Positions 51,190 to 61,877 of a stretch of DNA of 64,000 nt are shown piece by piece (position 1 is the first letter of the stretch; every line of letters starts with the position of its first letter). This DNA comes from Candidatus Gastranaerophilales bacterium (lineage in GTDB: Bacteria; Cyanobacteriota; Vampirovibrionia; Gastranaerophilales; JANQFW01). The DNA lies in assembly GCA_028280605.1 (NCBI GenBank), contig JANQLL010000185.1:1567-65566 (forward strand). Reading direction: 5' to 3'. The notes beneath the pieces are model-generated. The model had not been told where the DNA came from. It was given only the letters and a program-made list of their open reading frames with translations, and made no database searches. A program made the position numbers and the translations under genes.

Positions 51190-52173
51190 ATGACAAAAAT
51201 AAAGCAAAAAAAACTAATAATAACGATATGTATAGTAATATTCTTGGGCAGTTTCTTTTTATCTGTTTTGTACGGCGGAACTCCAATCAGCTTAAAAGAC
51301 TTAAAAGATTGGAGTTTTGGCGTACAAACAGATAATACTTATATCATAGAATTATTTAGATTTCCAAGGGCAATAAAAGCTGTTATCGCAGGCTCCTGCC
51401 TTGCTATATCCGGGTTGTACATGCAAACGATTACAAAAAACCCGATAGTTGATCCATACATAACGGGCATTTCTGCAGGGGCAGGTATTGCTCTGGTATT
51501 GGGAGTCTTATTTAATATTTCACCGTTTTACTATCCTGTTTTAGGATTTGCAGGCGGCCTGCTGGTATCCTTACTTGTTATTTGCTTTGTAGGGGTCAAC
51601 AGATTTAGCTTGGCAAAGCTTGTGTTGGTTGGTATTTCTGTTAATTTATTAATAAGTTCTATAATATCGCTATTAATTCTCCTAAACAGAGATAAGGCCC
51701 ACAATATGATCCTTATATTGTCCGGGAATCTAAACAGTTCTTTATTTGTTTACGAATCACTATACATAATTTTTGCAGTTATAATGCTTCTTTGTCTTTA
51801 TATAACTCCAAAATTAAACTTTTTAAGGCTCGATCACAATATTGCAAAATCAATAAGTACAAAATCTAAAACATATAATATAGTATTTTTAATACTATCA
51901 TCTGCTTTAGCATCGCTTAGCGTATGCGCAGCAGGAATTTTAGGATTTATTGGAATAATAATTCCTCATATTTGCAGACAATTATTTGGGCTGGATTTCA
52001 GATGGCTGTTTTTTGCAGCCTTACTACTGGGACCCAGCCTTATTTTATTATCCGATTATTTAGCAAGATCTGTTGTCTATCCAACCGAGCTACCTATTGG
52101 TATAATAATATCTATATTAGGAGCCCCTTTATTTATTATATTTATTTTAGTAAAAGGAAAAAAGTTCTTATGA
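51190..52173 (+). CDS. btuC: FecCD-family ABC permease, BtuC-like
   Basis: 327 aa with about 9-10 TM segments. ATGA overlap with the next gene. Confidence 0.85.
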   Translation: MTKIKQKKLIITICIVIFLGSFFLSVLYGGTPISLKDLKDWSFGVQTDNTYIIELFRFPRAIKAVIAGSCLAISGLYMQTITKNPIVDPYITGISAGAGIALVLGVLFNISPFYYPVLGFAGGLLVSLLVICFVGVNRFSLAKLVLVGISVNLLISSIISLLILLNRDKAHNMILILSGNLNSSLFVYESLYIIFAVIMLLCLYITPKLNFLRLDHNIAKSISTKSKTYNIVFLILSSALASLSVCAAGILGFIGIIIPHICRQLFGLDFRWLFFAALLLGPSLILLSDYLARSVVYPTELPIGIIISILGAPLFIIFILVKGKKFL

Positions 52174-52892
52174 TAAACATAAAAAACGGGCAAATCTGTT
52201 TTGAAAACAAGGTTTTTCTTGATAACATAAATATAACACTGCCTAAAAATAAGTTTACGCTTATGCTTGGTCCGAATGGTTCAGGAAAAACTTCTATTTT
52301 AAATATAATTGGAGGGGTTACAAAATTATCAAAAGGGCTTTTTTCTAACAGTTTTTCAAAAACGATTTTAATACCGCAAAACACATCATATCCGCAGGAT
52401 CTAACACTTTTTGAGTATTTATCTTCTATTTATTATGATTCTAATTGGAAATGGAGCATTTCAAAAAAGGAAGAGAATGAAATATATTTTATTTTAAATA
52501 AATTAAATATCGCAGATAAAAAAGATCTTTTCATGAATCAGCTCAGCTCTGGTGAATTGCAGATTGCCAATACCGGCTTATGCCTTCTTTCTAAAGCAGA
52601 CTTTATTATACTTGATGAACCGGGTTCAAACCTTGATATAATAAATCAAATTATGCTCTTAGACATATTAAAACAGTTAACATCACAAAATATAACCATA
52701 CTGGGTGTAATGCACGATCTAAATCTTGCTGCAAAGTATGGAGATTATTTTATTTCAGTCTCAAGAAAAGGCAAAGTATTCTCTGGATTGCAAAAAGAGA
52801 TTTTTTCATCTGAAAACCTAACAGATGTCTATAATTATAATATTAATGTAGTGGAAGTTAATAATGAAATTCTGGCGCACCCTAAAATTTAG
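52170..52892 (+). CDS. btuD: ABC transporter ATPase, BtuD-like
   Basis: Walker A GPNGSGKTS, signature LSSGELQ, Walker B IILDEP. ATG at 52170; the longer ORF from 51924 runs inside btuC. Confidence 0.85.
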   Translation: MINIKNGQICFENKVFLDNINITLPKNKFTLMLGPNGSGKTSILNIIGGVTKLSKGLFSNSFSKTILIPQNTSYPQDLTLFEYLSSIYYDSNWKWSISKKEENEIYFILNKLNIADKKDLFMNQLSSGELQIANTGLCLLSKADFIILDEPGSNLDIINQIMLLDILKQLTSQNITILGVMHDLNLAAKYGDYFISVSRKGKVFSGLQKEIFSSENLTDVYNYNINVVEVNNEILAHPKI

Positions 52893-53652
52893 CAATATTG
52901 GACTAATTGCAATACTATTATTGACTTGCGCATATAAATACATGCCGGAAAAAGGCACTTATATATCTTTATCCCCTGCTATAACAGAAATACTGTATGC
53001 GATAAATGCACAAGATAAATTAAAAGCAGTTACTTTGTTTTCCAATTATCCTAAAGAAGCACGAGAAAAACCAAAAGTAGGCAGCTATTTTTTGATAAAT
53101 AAAGAGTCTATACTTAAATTTAATGCAGAATACATATTATGTTTAAATATGCAGAAGCAAGTTGTTGATGACCTAAAAGTAGTAGGCATTAAGCCTATTT
53201 ATTTTAAAACGGAAAATCTGGAAGATATAAAAACAAATATTTTAAAAATAGGAAACATCACTAATCATTTAAAAGAAGCTGAAAATTTGATAAAAAAGCT
53301 GGAACATCAAACAAATACAGCAAAAGCCAAAGTATCTAAAAAAGTATTATTTGTAGTTAATACACAACCTTTTATAGCAGCGGGCAACAAAAGCTTTGTC
53401 CACGATATCATTACAAAAGCAGGTCATAAAAACATAACAGACTTTTATAATAGTGATTTTCCTCTTGTCAGCTTGGAATATGCGGCAATGCAAAAGCCTG
53501 ATATTGTCATAACAAGGGGGCCAAACGAAGCAGAATATTTAAAAAAATATTTAAAAGGCAAATTTATAATACTTACAAAAGAGCAAAATGATTCTATTAG
53601 TCGCCACGGACCAAGAGCCTTTAAAATGCTGGAATTTTTCAGCAAGCTTTAA
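52864..53652 (+). CDS. btuF: Periplasmic binding protein, BtuF-like
   Basis: N-terminal anchor or signal, class III PBP pattern (ISLSPAITEILYAI). Operon position. Confidence 0.7.
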   Translation: MKFWRTLKFSNIGLIAILLLTCAYKYMPEKGTYISLSPAITEILYAINAQDKLKAVTLFSNYPKEAREKPKVGSYFLINKESILKFNAEYILCLNMQKQVVDDLKVVGIKPIYFKTENLEDIKTNILKIGNITNHLKEAENLIKKLEHQTNTAKAKVSKKVLFVVNTQPFIAAGNKSFVHDIITKAGHKNITDFYNSDFPLVSLEYAAMQKPDIVITRGPNEAEYLKKYLKGKFIILTKEQNDSISRHGPRAFKMLEFFSKL

Positions 53653-53716
53653 TTCATAAAAAAAACTTGGTCTAATTAAAGACCAAGCTTTTAGAGTGTT
53701 TAAAGAACAAATTTAT

Positions 53717-55042
53717 CTAAATAACTTCTTTCCAAACTTCCTGATTGCCCAGCAAGTCATAATCCAACTCACCTTCACCGGATGCAATACAAGAAGCAAC
53801 AACAGTATCACTGGTTATATTATTTACAGTCCTGAACATATCAATAAATCTATCAAGTGCAACTATATAAACAAAAGCCGCACCGATTTGTTCTGTTTTT
53901 AGCCCAAGTATATTTAATATAAGAGCCATTGTAATAAGCCCAGCACTAGGTATACCAGCTGATGAACTGGAAGCAATTATTGCAAAAATGCAAATTTGTA
54001 ATATTATAAGTGGAGTTAAGACTATATCATAAGCTTGAGCTATAAATATAACCGCAATTGTTTGATATAAAGCAGTACCGTCCATATTCATAGTAGCACC
54101 CAGCGGCAAAACAAAACTGCTCACCTTGCTGGATATGCCAGCTCTGCCTTCACAACATCTGATAGTAACAGGCAAAGTTGCAGAACTGCTTGCAGTACCG
54201 AAAGCAACTAATATAGCCTCATTAATAGCTTTATAAAGAGATGTAGCTTTAACTTTGCTAAATAATTTTAAAATTATCGGATAAACAATAAATAGCTGAA
54301 TCATGAGTCCAAGTATTATAGTAAACACATATAAAGACATACTACTAAAGACTTTAATGCCTGAATTAGCAACAGTATGAACTGTAAGTGCAAAAATACC
54401 CGGCGGTGCTATGACCATAATCCAGTCCGTCACCTTCATTGTTGCCGCAAAAACCGATTCAAAAAATGAAACAATGGGCCGGTTTAATTCTCCTACAGAT
54501 GCTAAAGCGCAAGCAAAAATAAGAGTGAATATTAAGATTGCCGGCATTTTATTCTGCGCAAGTGATTCTATTGGATTTTTCGGAATCATATCTAAATATA
54601 TATTGGTTAAATTGCCTTCTTTTTGTTGTATAGATTCAACTTGAGCCCTAATTTCGGTAGCTTTTGCCGGGTCAATATCTGCTTGCAGGTTTTTTCCGGG
54701 TCCTATACTTAAGGCAAGCCCTGCTCCTATTATTACAGCCATAACTGTAATAATAGAGTAATAGCCTAACATTTTTATACCCATTTTTCCTAATTGCTTG
54801 CTATCCCCAAGACTGGATATTCCAACAATAATAGTACTTATTACAAGTGGTATAATAACCATCTGAATAAGCCTAATAAAAACTTCTCCGGTAATGGCAA
54901 AAAGGTTTTGAACCCACGGATGAGCAGATTCATAAGGGAGTGTAAGACCTACAATAACACCGGCTATTAGAGCTAGAAAAATATGCCAGTTCTTTTTGGC
55001 ACCCAACCCTAATGCAACTAGTATTTGCTCATTAAATTTCAT
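53717..55042 (-). CDS. Dicarboxylate/amino acid:cation symporter (DAACS family)
   Basis: 441 aa. SSSATLP and NMDGTALYQ motifs. Confidence 0.9.
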   Translation of the reverse strand: MKFNEQILVALGLGAKKNWHIFLALIAGVIVGLTLPYESAHPWVQNLFAITGEVFIRLIQMVIIPLVISTIIVGISSLGDSKQLGKMGIKMLGYYSIITVMAVIIGAGLALSIGPGKNLQADIDPAKATEIRAQVESIQQKEGNLTNIYLDMIPKNPIESLAQNKMPAILIFTLIFACALASVGELNRPIVSFFESVFAATMKVTDWIMVIAPPGIFALTVHTVANSGIKVFSSMSLYVFTIILGLMIQLFIVYPIILKLFSKVKATSLYKAINEAILVAFGTASSSATLPVTIRCCEGRAGISSKVSSFVLPLGATMNMDGTALYQTIAVIFIAQAYDIVLTPLIILQICIFAIIASSSSAGIPSAGLITMALILNILGLKTEQIGAAFVYIVALDRFIDMFRTVNNITSDTVVASCIASGEGELDYDLLGNQEVWKEVI

Positions 55043-55705
55043 TCTAAAATTACCCTCTTTATTACTTATTAATGTACTTTTTTGACGAGTATGTCCACGT
55101 AAATTCTATACTTATCAAGCTTAAAAATAATCATTCATTTTAAGTAAAAGGGTATATATAATGTACTGAGAAAACTGAACCAGAAAAAATAAAAAGTGTT
55201 TCCCTGATAAAATAAATTAAATAAAGAATGAAATCATCTAAAATTGTTTCATCCAATTTAGTTTCTTTTTTGTCAAAAATCAGAGAAGACTGATTATATA
55301 AAACTTTTGAATCATACGACATTAAAGACTTTGTTGATAGACCCTTAAAATATACTTTAACAAAATTAATTGATATATCTTGTTTAAAGGATATTGATGG
55401 TGGGAATTTAAACGAAGATATTGCAAGGCAAAGGGAATGCCCCAAAATCCTTATTTCAAAGTAAAAAAAAGAATACAAGAGCTGAAGAAAGAAAATTAAT
55501 AATATACAAAATGAATAATATAACAGTGCAAGCACAAAGCAATCAAATCTTTTAAGCTAAGCGTGCTTTAGAAAATTTTTCCTTGATTTTTTATTAAGAA
55601 ATGCTACAAAATTAGCATTTTCACATTTCAGGAGCCTGCGGAAATTTTAAAAAAATGCTAAAATATATATAAAGTATACAATTGAAATTAGTGAGTGTAT
55701 TGGTC

Positions 55706-56191
55706 ATGAAACTATCACAATACATAAAAACTTTATATGCAATCTTGTGGAATCTAATAGCATTCCTATGTTCAATTATTTCATTAAGTAATATCACGAA
55801 AAAGAAAACACCTTCTTTTTCGCTTTTAGTATATGCTTACAATATTTTAACCATGACTTATAAAGATTTAAATGAACTTATAAATAATATATTATCAAAA
55901 CAAAAACATAATAACACTGCTGCAACAACGGCAGTAACAAACCCTATATACAAAAACAAAAACTCTGTATCAAACAGAGTAAAATCTAATAACATATTAA
56001 TAAACCAAGCACTAAAAAGTGCAAACTTATTATCAACCTTGAGATTAAAGGATGCGCCAGCCACGCAAATGTTAATTTCAAAACAGCACTTTGTTCGCTT
56101 ACAGGATAAGTGTGCCTTTTTATACCCCTTTTGTAAGCAAAAGTCATTGCAGTTAATAAATCTTTTAATTTTTACATCAACACATAATTGA
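55706..56191 (+). CDS. Small N-terminally anchored K/N-rich protein, paralogue 2
   Basis: ATG at 55706. TM helix LYAILWNLIAFLCSIISL. C-terminal LKDAPATQMLISKQHFVRLQDKCAFLY is shared with 27055-27507. Confidence 0.5.
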   Translation: MKLSQYIKTLYAILWNLIAFLCSIISLSNITKKKTPSFSLLVYAYNILTMTYKDLNELINNILSKQKHNNTAATTAVTNPIYKNKNSVSNRVKSNNILINQALKSANLLSTLRLKDAPATQMLISKQHFVRLQDKCAFLYPFCKQKSLQLINLLIFTSTHN

Positions 56192-56254
56192 ATATTTTTT
56201 TTGACTCTCTTTAAGGCTAAAAGTACGGGTTTTGTGATGCCCGCATAATCTATA

Positions 56255-56297
56255 CAAAAAACTAAAGCTGCTCCGATGTGGGGCAGCCTTAGTTTTT
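56255..56297. terminator. Bidirectional terminator
   Basis: A6 run, stem CTAAAGCTGC/GCAGCCTTAG (9 of 10 pairs), T5 run, between convergent genes. Confidence 0.6.
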
Positions 56298-56334
56298 ATA
56301 ATATTTTCAGCTTTAGCTGGGTAATAACTGTCAC

Positions 56335-57777
56335 CTAAACTTTTGCTTCTACGTTATTAACAATTTTTTTAGTATCTTCAACAAGCTTGTCCATCTTATC
56401 CTGAGTATCAGTCTCAAAGTAGATTCTTAATAAAGGCTCAGTCCCGCTAGGCCTAATTAACATCCAACTGTTATTGTCCTCAAAATAAAGCTTAACACCA
56501 TCCAGTTGGTTTTCCTCAGTAACTTTCATTCCTCCAACCGCTGATGGTGCACTTTCTACAAACATTTTCATTGCCGCATTTTTTGTTTCTTCGGTCAAGC
56601 GTAAGTCAAGCCTGTAATTTAAATACTGACAATTAGTTTCCCTTTTTAAATCCTCAATAATTTCATATAAAGGCTTGTTTTCATAAGCAATAGCTTCTAA
56701 AATTGCCAGGTTAGCTACAATACCGTCTTTTTCCGGTATATGCTCAATAATGCTTAGCCCGCCGGACTCTTCGCCCCCAACAAGAACATCTTCCTGTCTC
56801 ATAATCTGACCAACCCATTTAAACCCGACAGGTGTCTCGTGAACCTTAACATCACCGTATATTTTAGCGATTTTATCTATCATTTGGCTGGTAGCAACTG
56901 TTTTAACAACAGAGCCTTTTTTGCCTTTGTTTTTAACTAAATGTCTGAATAAAACGGCAATAACTTCATTTGGTGTAATATAGTTGCCTTTTTCATCAAT
57001 AACACCAAACCTGTCAGCATCACCGTCAGTACTAAATCCAATAGCAGGAGCCTGTTTAACAACTAACTCTTTTAACTTGCCTAAGAATTTTTCTTTAGGC
57101 TCAGGCATAGCCCCACCAAACAACGGGTCTCTTTCATTGTTAAGTGTAACTGTCTCGATGCCTGCATCTTCTAATAGTGTATTTAAGTACCCTCTACCGG
57201 TTGAAAATAAAGCATCATAATAAACTTTGCACTTTATGTTCTTCTTAATCATATCAAAGTCAATCAAGTTATTGACCCACTTAAAGTATTCCGGCTTAGG
57301 ATCAAAGCTTTCGATTTTACCCTTAGTTGCGGATGCTTTGATAAAGGTATCATCACCAGCCTGCAATCTTTGTACGTTAGAAACTATAACATCCGTAATA
57401 TCAGTAGTAGCAGGTCCCGCATAATCAGGGATATATTTAATACCGCACCACTCAGGAGGGTTATGGCTCGCTGTTAACATAAGGGCACCGGCCGTATTAT
57501 AAAATTTTGCCGCATAAGCTACAACAGGAGTTGGTGCATCTCTATCAACTACCATAACGTTTAATCCAAGATCGCTGAGTATTTCAGCTGCTTTTTGCGC
57601 AAACTTGTCAGCTAAAAATCTTGGGTCATAACCGACAACAACTGGTCGACCAGGATCATATTTGGTTTTAATATATGCAATTACTGCTTTTGTAACTATT
57701 TCTACATTGTCAAAAGTAAAATCTTGAGCTATTATCGCTCTCCACCCATCTGTTCCGAATTTAATTGGTCTTGCCAT
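56335..57777 (-). CDS. Phosphoglucomutase/phosphomannomutase family protein
   Basis: Active-site TASHNPPEWCGIKY and the metal loop FSTDGDADR. Confidence 0.9.
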   Translation of the reverse strand: MARPIKFGTDGWRAIIAQDFTFDNVEIVTKAVIAYIKTKYDPGRPVVVGYDPRFLADKFAQKAAEILSDLGLNVMVVDRDAPTPVVAYAAKFYNTAGALMLTASHNPPEWCGIKYIPDYAGPATTDITDVIVSNVQRLQAGDDTFIKASATKGKIESFDPKPEYFKWVNNLIDFDMIKKNIKCKVYYDALFSTGRGYLNTLLEDAGIETVTLNNERDPLFGGAMPEPKEKFLGKLKELVVKQAPAIGFSTDGDADRFGVIDEKGNYITPNEVIAVLFRHLVKNKGKKGSVVKTVATSQMIDKIAKIYGDVKVHETPVGFKWVGQIMRQEDVLVGGEESGGLSIIEHIPEKDGIVANLAILEAIAYENKPLYEIIEDLKRETNCQYLNYRLDLRLTEETKNAAMKMFVESAPSAVGGMKVTEENQLDGVKLYFEDNNSWMLIRPSGTEPLLRIYFETDTQDKMDKLVEDTKKIVNNVEAKV

Positions 57778-57906
57778 AATTTACCTCTCTGTTTTTTATC
57801 TCTTTTTATTAAGATTTTCACATAAAGCTTTAGATTCATTTTGTTTTGTTATATTTTAAATTTACCATTAAAATGTTTTTTAGTGAAACTTAAAAGGCTT
57901 TATATA

Positions 57907-58779
57907 ATGAATAATAAAAATAATAAAAAAATTACTAAATCTATCTATTTTCTAGGTCCTGAAGGCTCTTATACCCAAATAGCCGCAGATCAATTTGTTA
58001 CAAAAATTGATAATATAACACTAGTAGAAAAGCCACAAGGTTCAATACTAAAGGTGATTGAAAGTATAGACAATAATATTGGTGACATAGGTATTGTGCC
58101 TATAGAAAATTCAATCGAAGGAATAGTAAGGGAGAGCATTGACAATCTTCTAACAAGCTCATCAAGAGTGATGATCGGTGGAGAAATTATTTTACCTATT
58201 ACACATTGCCTAATAAGCAAATCAAATGATATGTCTACGATAAAAAATATAGCGTCGCACCCGCAGGCATTGGCACAGTGTAGATACTATATAGCTAAAA
58301 ATTTTGGTAATAAGGCAAAAACCGAGCCTCTACCAAGTACCTCAGAAGCTGTTAAAAGGCTAAATAATCTTGATGAGACATGGGCAGCAATTGGCACAGC
58401 CGGAGCAGCAGAACTGTATGATCTTAATATACTTGATAGAGATATAAATGATGTTAAGGATAATTACACAAGATTTCTTCTCTTAACCTCAGAACCTTGC
58501 GCCCCTACAGGCAATGATAAAAGCTCAATTGTTTTTTCTACTGCAAATACACCGGGTGCCCTGGTTGATATATTAAAGGCTTTTAAAGAGAATGGCATTA
58601 ATTTGTCTTATATAGAATCAAGACCATCAAAGCGAGTGTTTGGTGATTATTCTTTCTTTATAGATTTTGATGGACATATAGAAGATGAGTCTGTCAAGAA
58701 AACAATAGGTACAATCATTCCAAAGATTACCTTTTATAAATTCTTAGGTTCTTATCCAAAAGCCGGTACCGAAAAATGA
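57907..58779 (+). CDS. pheA: Prephenate dehydratase with ACT domain
   Basis: PDT domain (FLGPEGSYT, TRFLLL) plus ACT domain with ESRPS motif. ATG at 57907 preferred over the TTG at 57841. Confidence 0.9.
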   Translation: MNNKNNKKITKSIYFLGPEGSYTQIAADQFVTKIDNITLVEKPQGSILKVIESIDNNIGDIGIVPIENSIEGIVRESIDNLLTSSSRVMIGGEIILPITHCLISKSNDMSTIKNIASHPQALAQCRYYIAKNFGNKAKTEPLPSTSEAVKRLNNLDETWAAIGTAGAAELYDLNILDRDINDVKDNYTRFLLLTSEPCAPTGNDKSSIVFSTANTPGALVDILKAFKENGINLSYIESRPSKRVFGDYSFFIDFDGHIEDESVKKTIGTIIPKITFYKFLGSYPKAGTEK

Positions 58780-60524
58780 TTAACTTTGATTCTTTAACCC
58801 TAAAAGCACTTATGCAAGAGCTTGAGCCTATGCTTTCATTAGGTAGGGTTCAACGTGTCCAACAACCAAGCAGGCACGAAATTCTCCTGAGTATAAGAGC
58901 GCGTGGGCATAATCATAAATTATATATCTCAGTTAATCCTAAATACGCACATGCTTCTGTGCTAACAGACAAAGGCAAAGAACTAAGGCATATAGAAATA
59001 CCACAAAAGCCGCCTATGTTTTGTATGCTTTTAAGAAAATATATGGAAGGCGCTAAAATCCAAAGAATAAATCAACCCAAGCATGAGCGTATTTTAGAGA
59101 TATACTTTGAAAGTTATAATGAACTAGGCGCCAAGATACCGCTGGTGTTAGCTTGTGAATTTATGGGTAAATACAGTAATGTTATATTATATAACTATGA
59201 AAATAATGTAATAGTTGGCTGCGCTCATAATGTAGGCCCTGAAAAAAGTAGAGAACGCGAACTTGCAGGCGGGCTTCCTTATATTTATCCGCCTAAGCAA
59301 AATAAAATTAATCTGCTTGATATTACTGAAGAAGAATTTTTCCAACAGGCAAAAGCTTTATCAATGCCTATAAATAATTGGTTAAACAGAACTTTTTTCG
59401 ATATAAGTCTGGCTATGGCAAATGAACTGTGTGAATTATCATCTATAGTTATTAAAAAAGATGAAATATGCTCAATAAATAGAGAAACAATATCTATTTT
59501 ATACAATAAAGCTAAAGATTTGCTGCTATTAAAGAATTTAACACCATGTATATCTAATAATAAAAAATTATATTCAATATTTAATTGTGATAAAAATGAT
59601 TCTTCATCGCTAGACTCTATTAATACTATGGTGGATGAATACTTTGGGTATTATATATTTGAAGATAAATTCGGCAGGCTTAAAGCAAGCTTGTATCAAA
59701 CTCTGAAAAAGTCTTTAGACAGGGTTTTACAAAGAATTAAAGATCATTCTAAAAATTTAACTTCTTATGAAAAAATAGAAAAATATAAGCAATACGGTGA
59801 TATAATTATGGCTAACTTGTATCAAATTGAGCAAGGTGTTGATAAAGTTGAGCTATATAATTTCTTTGATGGGAATAAGCCTGTAAAAATAACACTATAT
59901 CCTTTATTATCTCCATCTGCTAATGCCCAAAAATATTATAAGCGTTATAATAAGGCAAAAAATGCCATAAAAATCAGCGAAGAAATCTTAGAAGGATTAG
60001 AATCTGAAAAACAATACCTTGAAAGTATACAAGTAAGCATTAATCAAGCTCATACCTTTGATGATCTTTTTCAAATTCAAGAAGAGCTTTATAAGGAAAA
60101 TATAGTGTCTTTATATCAACAGCAGGTAAAGAGAGATAAAAAGTCCTCTAAAAAGATTGAACTGCTTACATACAAGTCTTCAGACGGCTATGATATATAT
60201 GTAGGCAAAAACAACAAACAAAATGATTATATAGTGCAAAAGTTATCTTCGCCTTTAGATATGTGGCTTCATACACAGGAAATACCCGGCTCTCATGTCT
60301 TAATTAAAACAATATCTCCCGATGCTGAAATACCCGAAACAACCATCCACGAAGCTGCAAACATAGCGGCATGTTACAGTCAGGCGGGTGAGTCTTCTAA
60401 TGTGCCGGTTGTTTATACCAGGCGCAAGTTTGTTAAAAAGCCTTCTGGCTCAAAGCCTGGGTTTGTTATTTACACTCACGAAAAAACTCTATTTGTTAAT
60501 CCTGATAAAGAAGTTATAGCTTAA
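58776..60524 (+). CDS. rqcH: NFACT-family ribosome quality control protein RqcH/FbpA
   Basis: 582 aa. N-terminal NFACT-N, coiled-coil middle, C-terminal NFACT-R/DUF814 (GKNNKQND, WLHTQEIPGSHVLI). Confidence 0.85.
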   Translation: MINFDSLTLKALMQELEPMLSLGRVQRVQQPSRHEILLSIRARGHNHKLYISVNPKYAHASVLTDKGKELRHIEIPQKPPMFCMLLRKYMEGAKIQRINQPKHERILEIYFESYNELGAKIPLVLACEFMGKYSNVILYNYENNVIVGCAHNVGPEKSRERELAGGLPYIYPPKQNKINLLDITEEEFFQQAKALSMPINNWLNRTFFDISLAMANELCELSSIVIKKDEICSINRETISILYNKAKDLLLLKNLTPCISNNKKLYSIFNCDKNDSSSLDSINTMVDEYFGYYIFEDKFGRLKASLYQTLKKSLDRVLQRIKDHSKNLTSYEKIEKYKQYGDIIMANLYQIEQGVDKVELYNFFDGNKPVKITLYPLLSPSANAQKYYKRYNKAKNAIKISEEILEGLESEKQYLESIQVSINQAHTFDDLFQIQEELYKENIVSLYQQQVKRDKKSSKKIELLTYKSSDGYDIYVGKNNKQNDYIVQKLSSPLDMWLHTQEIPGSHVLIKTISPDAEIPETTIHEAANIAACYSQAGESSNVPVVYTRRKFVKKPSGSKPGFVIYTHEKTLFVNPDKEVIA

Positions 60525-60547
60525 GTGTAAAGAATGATTTTTTAAAA

Positions 60548-61609
60548 TTAAAATAAATACTCAGCGATATGAGCTGCTTCATATTTTGCATTGCCGCTTT
60601 TTTTATCTGCGTAAAGTGTAATAACCTGTTCTTCAGGGATGTTTTGCCATTTAATAAATATTTCAGGTTTTTTATTATACTTTCTAGGCTGTATAACTTC
60701 AGAAGCCAATATATAGCTTTTGCTATAATTACTACCATAGCTGCCTAGATATAAGCTAGTACCTTTTTTAAAAGCTATAATAGTTTCACCATCGGTCATT
60801 ATAAAATTTGTTATCGGACTATAAGTAGCTTTGTATCCATCAGATAATATTATATGTTTTGTTTCTGCAATTTCCAGCAGTTCCAAAATTGATCTTACAA
60901 ATATACTTCTGAATTTATTAATGCCAATATCTTTAATCTTAAGATTTTTAGGGTCTGTGCCTGTTGTTTCTTCTACTTTTGAAAGTATATAGTGAAATAT
61001 CATCTCAGAATCCACAACTACTTTATGGTTTATAGCTGCATATTTATTTAATATTTTAGACTGTACACAAGGCTTAGTCATACCAACCACCGTCCCATTA
61101 TGCATAAAGCTCCAATGTTTATATATAAATGGATGCGTATTATCGGGTGTAACCGTAGTCTTATCTGATGCTGCTCTTATATGGCCTAAAATAACAGTTG
61201 GATTCTTTTTAACAAGTTTTTTTACTGATTTTTTAAATTGTCTATCTTTGTAAGCCGGCTTTATGCCTGTATATTTTGTAATCGATTGATTATTTGTATA
61301 AGCTTTAATTCCCCAGCCATCTGTATTACCTTTTAAAAGTCTTCTTTTATATAGTCTTGAGTTTAAGCATTGACTATTTTGCAGATTACTTGCTTTATAA
61401 ATGTTAAAAACTGTTTTTCTTTTAGGCTTGCTTTGCTTCACAAGAGAGTTTTCGCCTTTTAAAAGAATTTCTGTTATTAACTTGTTTTCTTGATTATTTG
61501 GAGATTGAAGAATTGCAAGCATCCTACACGCCAAAGATGGCTGAATAGGTGCCATCAGTAAGTAACTAATTAAAAATAAGGCAAGCATTCTTTTTATTAT
61601 GTATTGCAT
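60548..61609 (-). CDS. Class II (Ntn) glutamine amidotransferase-fold protein with signal peptide
   Basis: CRMLAI nucleophile context; HIRAAS, NTHPF and HNG motifs. ATG at 61609 has SD GAGG 8 nt upstream. Leader is MQYIIKRMLALFLISYLLMAPIQPSLA followed by C. Confidence 0.7.
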   Translation of the reverse strand: MQYIIKRMLALFLISYLLMAPIQPSLACRMLAILQSPNNQENKLITEILLKGENSLVKQSKPKRKTVFNIYKASNLQNSQCLNSRLYKRRLLKGNTDGWGIKAYTNNQSITKYTGIKPAYKDRQFKKSVKKLVKKNPTVILGHIRAASDKTTVTPDNTHPFIYKHWSFMHNGTVVGMTKPCVQSKILNKYAAINHKVVVDSEMIFHYILSKVEETTGTDPKNLKIKDIGINKFRSIFVRSILELLEIAETKHIILSDGYKATYSPITNFIMTDGETIIAFKKGTSLYLGSYGSNYSKSYILASEVIQPRKYNKKPEIFIKWQNIPEEQVITLYADKKSGNAKYEAAHIAEYLF

Positions 61610-61877
61610 TGATATAACCTCATAAATAAATTGGTTCAAATTGAATGAATATTCACTATTATTAAAACAAAAAATAAAATAATTTTATTACTCATTTTTT
61701 TTTAGGTTAAGAAATATAATGATTTGCTCAATCAAAATTGATGTTTAACTCTATTTTTTATTTAATATTCTAGTAGGTATAGAATATATTTTTTCGTTTT
61801 TATATCTTAAAAAAATTATTAAATCTGGTTAATAAATATTATAGTGGAATTTTTAAAAAGGGGTAAAAAAAGGGTAT

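Noticed and set aside
51924-52169. N-terminal 82-codon extension of the btuD ORF in the six-frame track
   Set aside because: It lies entirely inside btuC in another frame. The conserved ATPase sequence begins at the ATG at 52170, which forms an ATGA overlap with the btuC stop.
53696-53902. 68-aa plus-strand ORF overlapping the 3' end of the DAACS symporter gene
   Set aside because: It is a shadow ORF antisense to a well-supported gene, with no start signals.
55140-55535. 131-aa minus-strand ORF in the gap between the DAACS gene and paralogue 2
   Set aside because: The composition is F/L/I/S/Y-rich and low-complexity, typical of a chance ORF in AT-rich DNA. I see no SD, no recognisable motif and no conserved partner. 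Not supportable as a gene.
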